Made by a program: the position numbers and the translations under genes. From Bacillus subtilis subsp. subtilis str. 168 (GTDB lineage Bacteria > Bacillota > Bacilli > Bacillales > Bacillaceae), in contig NC_000964.3 in the NCBI RefSeq assembly GCF_000009045.1, forward strand, positions 3,210,001-3,242,000: 32,000 nucleotides of DNA, in the 5' to 3' direction. Within the stretch, counting starts at the first letter, position 1; every line of letters begins with the position of its first letter. This document shows positions 26,367-32,000 of the stretch, in pieces. The notes below the pieces were generated by a model. It was not told the DNA's origin. It saw nothing but the letters and a program-made list of their open reading frames with translations, and searched no databases.

Positions 26367-26411
26367 ATTGCGTACAGAGCACGAAGCGCAAATCTGACCA
26401 CCAAACGCTGA

Positions 26412-26443
26412 AATGGCTAGCTTACACAGGTAAGCTAGCCATT
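26412..26443. repeat. hairpin H4, a perfect 14-bp inverted repeat overlapping the yufK 3' end and sharing its arm core with H1
   Basis: AATGGCTAGCTTAC-ACAG-GTAAGCTAGCCATT. The ATGGCTAG/CTAGCCAT core is identical to H1. Confidence 0.6.
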
Positions 26444-26979
26444 ATGCTATTATAAAGCTTGATAAATATGAACAGAATACCGATAACAAAGGTAAACCAA
26501 AACAGCAGTTCCAATAGAATGAATCCAACTAATGACATGAGAGAAAGCGTCGAATAAATCCGGTATACGGTAAACACAAAGTAAGCGAGCGTGACGACCG
26601 CAAACCAGATCACAATCCAAATGACATTTTGCAAGAGCACAAAGGATAAAATCCCGCCGCCCAAATAAATCATGGAACCCATTCTGAGTTTTTTCAGGTT
26701 GTTCCCTTCCGGATCATTAGCAAAAAACAGCAATGACAGCTCGGTCACGGTATTTGCAATTAATTTCAGAGCGGACAGAACCATAAAATATAAAAGTGCA
26801 AAGGCAGCAAATAACGCAAGCCTGATTCCTTTCTCTGAAAAATAATCGAGCATTCCATCATACATTCCAAATGAAGACAGCATCTTCAACGCATAAAGTG
26901 AAGTTGAGATGGATAAGGACGAACTAAAAAGCAGGATCGCAATCAGCGGAAAATATCCTGTCAAATAAGTATTTTTCAT
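26422..26979 (-). CDS. yufK: polytopic membrane protein of unknown function, 185 aa
   Basis: Five or six hydrophobic helices. The start was moved to the ATG at 26979 (MKNTYLTGYFPLIAILLF...) after GAAAGGGA. The last seven codons plus the stop form one arm of a 14-bp hairpin. Confidence 0.8.
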   Translation of the reverse strand: MKNTYLTGYFPLIAILLFSSSLSISTSLYALKMLSSFGMYDGMLDYFSEKGIRLALFAAFALLYFMVLSALKLIANTVTELSLLFFANDPEGNNLKKLRMGSMIYLGGGILSFVLLQNVIWIVIWFAVVTLAYFVFTVYRIYSTLSLMSLVGFILLELLFWFTFVIGILFIFIKLYNSIMASLPV

Positions 26980-27156
26980 ATAAAAAAGTCCCTTTCTATA
27001 ATCTACCTCATTTATTATGGAGGACTTAAAACACATTGACAAGATAAATTATTCCATTTTTTCTCCTTTTTACGAATTACGGGCCCAAATCTTCACAAAG
27101 CAGCATTTTGAGAGTAAAGTAGTACGCAGGAATCATAAAACGTAAGGAAGTTTTAT

Positions 27157-28758
27157 ATGAAAAAAACATTAAAACTGCAAACCAGACTCACCATATTTGT
27201 TTGTATCGTTGTATTAATCGCATTGCTCATTACGTTTTTTACAGTCGGTGCCCAAACCACCAAACGAATTAGAGATCAGGAAAAGGCCACTGCGCTGCAG
27301 ACTGCTGAAATGGTAGCTGAAGCGCCGATGACAGCCGCTGCTTTAGAAAGCGGAAAAAAACAAAAGGAACTGCAGAGCTACACAAAGCGGGTTCAGAAAA
27401 TTACCGGCACGGAATTTGTTGTCGTCATGGATATGAACGGTATCCGCAAAACTCATCCTGACCCGAGCAAAATCGGAAAAAAATTCAGAGGCGGTGATGA
27501 GTCCGAGGTATTAAAAGGGCATGTCCATATCAGCACAGCCTCTGGCACGCTCGGGAAATCGCAGAGAGCGTTCGTCCCTGTCTACGCGGAGAATGGAAAA
27601 CAGGTCGGTGCAGTCGCGGTCGGCATCACCGTAAATGAAATTGATGAAGTGATCAGCCATAGCTTACGGCCGCTTTACTTTATTATTTGCGTCAGCATCT
27701 TCGTCGGTGTGATCGGAGCCGTTATCGTCGCCCGTACAGTGAAAAATATCATGTACGGACTTGAACCTTATGAAATTGCGACTCTGCTTGAAGAACGGAG
27801 CGCGATGCTGGAATCGACGAAGGAAGGAATACTCGCTGTCGATGAACATGGCAAAATTAAACTTGCCAACGCGGAAGCAAAACGCCTATTCGTCAAAATG
27901 GGCATCAACACAAATCCCATTGATCAGGATGTAGATGACATCTTGCCGAAAAGCCGCTTGAAAAAGGTCATTGAGACAAAAAAACCTCTTCAAGACAGAG
28001 ACGTCCGCATTAACGGGCTGGAGCTTGTGTTTAATGAAGTTCCTATCCAGCTGAAAGGACAAACTGTCGGAGCGATTGCAACATTCCGCGACAAGACCGA
28101 GGTAAAACATTTAGCTGAACAGCTTTCCGGTGTTAAAATGTATGCAAACGCACTGAGAGCGCAGTCTCATGAATTTATGAACAAACTGCATGTGATATTA
28201 GGTCTCGTCCAGCTGAAAGAGTATGATGATCTTGGAGATTATATTAAAGATATAGCCATACAGCAAAAATCAGAAACAAGTGAAATTATAAATGATGTCA
28301 AAAGCTCCGTACTGGCCGGTTTTCTGCTTGGAAAGCAAAGCTTTATACGTGAGCAGGGCGCAAATCTTGATATTGAATGCAACGGTGTCATCCCGAACGC
28401 GGCAGACCCTTCTGTCATCCATGAACTTATTACAATCATCGGAAATCTCATCAACAATGGCTTAGATGCCGTTGCCGATATGCCGAAAAAACAAATCACC
28501 ATGTCCATGCGCTTCCATAACAGCATACTTGATATTGAAATTACCGATACTGGAGCAGGCATGTCTGAAGAAGACCAAGCCAAAGTATTTGAACAAGGCT
28601 ATTCAACAAAGGGCAAAAACCGGGGATTCGGCCTTTATTTCACACAGCAAAGCATCGAAAATTTAAAAGGCCAAATGATCCTCACAAGCGAAAAGAATGA
28701 AGGAACGACATTCAGTATTCGCATCCCGTACGAACCGAAGGAGGAAAATCATGATTAA
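27157..28758 (+). CDS. malK: CitA/DcuS-family sensor histidine kinase (malate sensor), 533 aa
   Basis: Two TM helices flank a PAS-like extracytoplasmic domain. These are followed by a cytoplasmic PAS, the SpoOB-like H-box [18 protein letters not shown] and an HATPase_c domain (DTGAGM, GFGL). The gene was formerly yufL. Confidence 0.92.
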
Positions 28759-29458
28759 TGTACTAATAGTTGAAGATGACCCCATGGTGGGTGAATTAAA
28801 TAAACGATACTTAAGCCAAATAGATGGCTTTCAGCTGAAAGGCATCGCTTCTTCCTTTCAAAGCGCTCTGCATATTTTAGGGGAGCACCATATTGACCTC
28901 ATTTTGCTTGATATTTATATGCCGGGAAAAAACGGGCTGGAACTGCTGACGGAATTGAGAGCCCAAAATGAAGCGGTTGACGTGATTGTCATCTCAGCGG
29001 CCAGCGAGCTTGACGTGATCAAGAAAACACTTCGGTACGGAGCTGTTGATTATTTAATCAAACCGTTTGAATTTGAACGATTCCAAACGGCTCTGTCTGA
29101 TTACAGACGAAAACAAAAGGTGTATTCAACCCATCGCAACATGAGCCAAAAAGAACTGGACGCCGAGCTTTTTCAAAAGAAAGAAGCAACAGAAAAAGTG
29201 CAGCTTCCTAAAGGCCTGACAAAAAGCACGCTGAAGCTGATCTGGTCCAGTATCCAGTCATTTGAAAATGAATCTTTTACGACAGAAGACTTGGCAAAGC
29301 ACACAGAAATCTCTCAAGTATCCATACGAAAATACTTAAAGTTTCTTGAAGATATACAGGTTCTGAATGTAGAAATGGCGTACGGAACGATCGGAAGACC
29401 TGTGTTTCAGTACAACGTCAACAACAGTAACATTAACGGAATAAAGCAATATCTATAA
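28751..29458 (+). CDS. malR: CitB/DcuR-family response regulator, 235 aa
   Basis: The receiver domain reads [16 protein letters not shown]...[14 protein letters not shown]...DYLIKPF, followed by a C-terminal HTH. The ATG at 28751 follows AAGGAGGAAAATC and overlaps the malK 3' end by 8 nt. The gene was formerly yufM. Confidence 0.92.
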
Positions 29459-29496
29459 GAAAACGCACTGCTTGCTTTGAGCAGTGCGTTTTTCTG
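29459..29496 (+). terminator. intrinsic terminator of malK-malR
   Basis: AAACGCACTGC-TTGCTTTGA-GCAGTGCGTTT followed by TTCTGTC. Confidence 0.8.
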
Positions 29497-29595
29497 TCAT
29501 ATCTCTTGCCAAGATGCTTGATTCTATTGTTGATAAGTTATACAAGAATAACAAAGGGCTTTCACATTTTTAAGCAAATAATTCTAAAAATAGAT

Positions 29596-29610
29596 AATTT
29601 TTAAAAAATT
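29596..29610. promoter_or_regulatory. CodY-box-like motif, upstream site in the nupN control region
   Basis: AATTTTTAAAAAATT matches the CodY consensus AATTTTCWGAAAATT at 13 of 15 positions. nupNOPQ is reported as strongly CodY-repressed. Confidence 0.4.
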
Positions 29611-29699
29611 ATGCGAAATTCTATTTATTTCTTATTAGTTAAATGATAAATTATGATTGGTTAGTTGATCCCGAAAAACTAAGTCATAAGTCTTACTTC

Positions 29700-29713
29700 A
29701 GAAAACGATGTCA
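29700..29713. promoter_or_regulatory. cre-like (CcpA) motif in the nupN leader
   Basis: AGAAAACGATGTCA matches TGWAANCGNTNWCA at 13 of 14 positions, differing only at the first base. The call rests on the motif alone. Confidence 0.25.
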
Positions 29714-29827
29714 CGGTTTTCCGCCCGGAACGCCTTCCGCATCCTTCTCTTCCCCGCCTTTCGAAGGAAATACTCACACCACGCTTATTCAGGGAAGAAT
29801 AGAACTGTCTCAGCGCATTCCATTTGT

Positions 29828-29842
29828 TATTATCAGAAAATT
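29828..29842. promoter_or_regulatory. CodY-box-like motif, downstream site about 90 nt before the nupN start
   Basis: TATTATCAGAAAATT matches AATTTTCWGAAAATT at 13 of 15 positions. Confidence 0.45.
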
Positions 29843-29929
29843 TTATCGATTCTAAGAAATTGTTCAGGACAGCCCATCACATGACTGGCCGGATCAGCTT
29901 TGAACCAAATTTTTCTGGGGGGTTATATC

Positions 29930-31009
29930 TTGAATAAACGAAAAATCGGATTGGCGATGTCACTTGTGATCGCAGCAGGCACCATATTAGGAGCATGCGG
30001 AAACAGCGAAAAAAGCAGCGGCTCAGGCGAAGGCAAAAACAAATTCAGTGTGGCGATGGTTACTGACGTAGGCGGAGTGGATGACAAATCCTTCAACCAA
30101 TCAGCCTGGGAAGGCATCCAAGCCTTTGGGAAAGAGAATGGGCTGAAAAAAGGCAAAAACGGTTACGACTATCTTCAATCCAAATCTGATGCAGACTATA
30201 CAACGAACTTAAATAAATTGGCGCGTGAGAATTTTGACTTAATTTACGGCGTCGGCTACTTAATGGAGGATTCAATCAGCGAAATTGCTGACCAGCGTAA
30301 AAATACAAACTTTGCGATTATAGATGCTGTTGTCGATAAAGACAACGTCGCAAGTATTACGTTTAAAGAGCAGGAAGGCTCATTTCTCGTCGGAGTGGCC
30401 GCAGCCCTATCAAGCAAATCAGGAAAAATCGGCTTTGTAGGCGGCATGGAATCAGAGTTGATCAAAAAATTCGAGGTCGGCTTCCGTGCCGGCGTGCAAG
30501 CAGTTAACCCTAAAGCCGTTGTAGAAGTGAAATACGCAGGGGGTTTCGATAAAGCCGATGTCGGTAAAGCAACCGCCGAAAGCATGTATAAATCAGGCGT
30601 AGATGTTATTTATCACTCTGCGGGCGCCACTGGCACAGGCGTCTTTACTGAAGCGAAAAACCTGAAAAAAGAAGATCCAAAACGCGATGTCTGGGTCATC
30701 GGTGTCGATAAAGACCAATACGCAGAAGGCCAGGTAGAAGGAACAGATGATAACGTCACCCTCACTTCCATGGTGAAAAAAGTAGATACAGTCGTTGAAG
30801 ATGTAACGAAAAAAGCGAGTGACGGAAAGTTCCCGGGCGGCGAAACACTTACCTACGGGCTTGATCAAGACGGAGTCGGCATTTCTCCATCTAAACAAAA
30901 TCTATCGGATGATGTGATCAAAGCGGTCGATAAATGGAAGAAAAAAATCATCGACGGATTGGAAATCCCGGCAACTGAGAAAGAGCTGAAAACCTTCAAA
31001 GCTGAATAA
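29930..31009 (+). CDS. nupN: BMP-family (PnrA-like) nucleoside-binding lipoprotein of an ABC importer, 359 aa
   Basis: The TTG start at 29930 lies 7 nt after GGGGGG. The signal peptide ends in the lipobox ILGAC. The BMP family body includes [25 protein letters not shown]. The gene was formerly yufN. Confidence 0.9.
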
Positions 31010-31016
31010 GAATCGC

Positions 31017-31062
31017 AGGGATAAGGAGGTCGAGCCCTTATCCCTTGTTTTTCTTTTATTTT
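31017..31062 (+). terminator. intra-operon terminator or attenuator between nupN and nupO
   Basis: AGGGATAAGG-9 nt-CCTTATCCCT followed by TGTTTTTCTTTTATTTT. It ends 23 nt before the nupO ATG. Confidence 0.65.
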
Positions 31063-31084
31063 GAAATAAAGGAGCGGTCAATCA

Positions 31085-32000
31085 ATGGAATATGTCATTG
31101 AAATGCTCAATATCCGCAAGGCGTTTCCAGGTATCGTCGCCAATGACAATATCAATCTTCAAGTCAAAAAAGGCGAAATACACGCGTTGCTCGGTGAAAA
31201 CGGAGCGGGGAAATCAACATTGATGAATGTCCTTTTCGGGCTGTATCAGCCGGAGCGGGGTGAAATTCGGGTGCGCGGCGAGAAGGTGCACATCAACAGC
31301 CCGAACAAAGCGAATGACCTTGGAATTGGAATGGTGCACCAGCACTTTATGCTTGTTGACACCTTTACAGTTGCTGAAAATATTATTCTCGGGAAGGAGC
31401 CAAAGAAGTTTGGCAGAATTGACCGGAAGCGTGCTGGCCAAGAGGTGCAGGACATTTCCGATCGATACGGCCTGCAGATCCATCCTGAAGCAAAAGCAGC
31501 TGACATATCAGTCGGTATGCAGCAGCGCGCAGAAATATTAAAAACCCTCTACCGCGGTGCCGACATTCTGATTTTTGATGAACCGACGGCTGTTTTGACG
31601 CCTCATGAAATTAAGGAACTGATGCAAATTATGAAGAACCTGGTCAAAGAAGGGAAGTCCATCATCTTAATCACCCATAAGCTGAAAGAGATTATGGAGA
31701 TTTGTGACCGCGTTACGGTTATCCGTAAAGGAAAAGGCATCAAAACCCTTGATGTCCGTGATACAAACCAAGACGAACTCGCCAGTCTAATGGTCGGCCG
31801 TGAGGTATCGTTCAAAACTGAAAAGAGAGCTGCTCAGCCGGGAGCGGAAGTGCTTGCGATTGACGGCATAACTGTAAAGGATACCCGCGGAATAGAGACA
31901 GTCAGAGATTTGTCTCTTTCTGTCAAAGCGGGAGAAATAGTCGGCATAGCAGGCGTCGACGGAAACGGGCAATCTGAGCTGATCGAAGCGGTGACAGGAC
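31085..32000 (+). CDS. nupO: ABC transporter ATP-binding protein with duplicated ATPase domains, first 305 codons (runs off the window end)
   Basis: It is absent from the ORF track because there is no stop inside the window. ATG 31085 follows AAAGGAGCGGTCAATCA. The first domain shows Walker A GENGAGKST, signature VGMQQR and Walker B ILIFDEPT. The Walker A of the second domain (GVDGNGQSEL) appears at the window end. The gene was formerly yufO. Confidence 0.9.
   Translation, partial: MEYVIEMLNIRKAFPGIVANDNINLQVKKGEIHALLGENGAGKSTLMNVLFGLYQPERGEIRVRGEKVHINSPNKANDLGIGMVHQHFMLVDTFTVAENIILGKEPKKFGRIDRKRAGQEVQDISDRYGLQIHPEAKAADISVGMQQRAEILKTLYRGADILIFDEPTAVLTPHEIKELMQIMKNLVKEGKSIILITHKLKEIMEICDRVTVIRKGKGIKTLDVRDTNQDELASLMVGREVSFKTEKRAAQPGAEVLAIDGITVKDTRGIETVRDLSLSVKAGEIVGIAGVDGNGQSELIEAVTG

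Noticed and set aside
29660-29730. Possible PurR PurBox pair in the nupN leader (CCCGAAAAAC near 29669-29678, CGGTTTTCCG near 29714-29723)
   Set aside because: These are only loose matches to AWWWCCGAACWWT, and the two halves are not at the spacing or orientation I remember for PurBoxes. The evidence is insufficient for a call.
29643-29855. 70-aa ORF in the nupN leader
   Set aside because: It has no SD upstream of the ATG and a low-complexity Ser/Pro/Phe-rich translation. It lies in a region better explained as a regulatory leader. It is mentioned in the nupN leader finding only.
422-31972. Numerous 60-146 aa ORFs antisense to or out of frame with the large genes (for example 422-769, 797-1054, 5353-5691, 12865-13182, 22756-23196, 30256-30585, 31227-31541)
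   Set aside because: All lie entirely inside well-supported CDS on the opposite strand or in another frame. They lack SD sequences and have biased, low-complexity translations. They are typical shadow ORFs.
1-32000. Search for mobile elements, prophage genes, CRISPR arrays, tRNA/rRNA genes, toxin-antitoxin pairs or a defence island
   Set aside because: I saw no transposase, integrase or recombinase-like ORF. I saw no array of regularly spaced direct repeats and no tRNA-like or rRNA-like sequence. I noticed no compositionally foreign block. Every ORF over 250 nt is accounted for by a recognisable housekeeping or conserved-hypothetical gene in the gene order I remember for B. subtilis 168.

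Overview
The window looks like ordinary core chromosome of a Bacillus subtilis 168-type genome. I identified it from remembered protein sequences (Tgl, Mistic/YugO, Pgi, KinB/KapB/KapD, PBP4), not from a database search. The gene order is: end of the chemoreceptor cluster (tlpA 5' end, mcpB), tgl, yugU, yugT, yugS, yugP, mstX-yugO, yugN, yugM, pgi, yugK, yugJ, yuzA, yugI, alaT-alaR, yugF, yugE, patB, kinB-kapB, kapD, yuxJ, pbpD-yuxK, yufK, malK-malR, nupN and the nupO 5' part. I call 34 CDS, two of them truncated by the window edges, several with starts corrected relative to the longest-ORF track. I also call about 17 intrinsic terminators and a handful of promoter or operator candidates. I see no rRNA, tRNA, CRISPR array, IS element, transposase, integrase, phage gene or compositionally foreign block. 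I do not find evidence for a new multi-gene system such as a defence island or toxin-antitoxin pair, and I do not want to invent one. The points worth a second look are small-scale. (1) The 202-nt yuxK/yufK convergent spacer is packed with four perfect hairpins, two of which share the same arms. (2) At the yugP/yugS junction a terminator hairpin sits between a perfect Shine-Dalgarno (SD) sequence and the SD-less TTG start of yugS. (3) The annotated yuxJ start lacks an SD, while conserved-looking N-terminal codons and a strong SD lie upstream with no canonical start codon. (4) An orphan 248-nt gap downstream of yugU holds a 34-codon ORF that may be a gene remnant. (5) The mstX start is ambiguous. 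(6) The long nupN leader carries CodY-like and cre-like boxes. (7) The yugJ/yugK tandem paralogues share a 42-nt identical tract. MCP paralogue names and several yuz-type small genes could not be verified without alignment.
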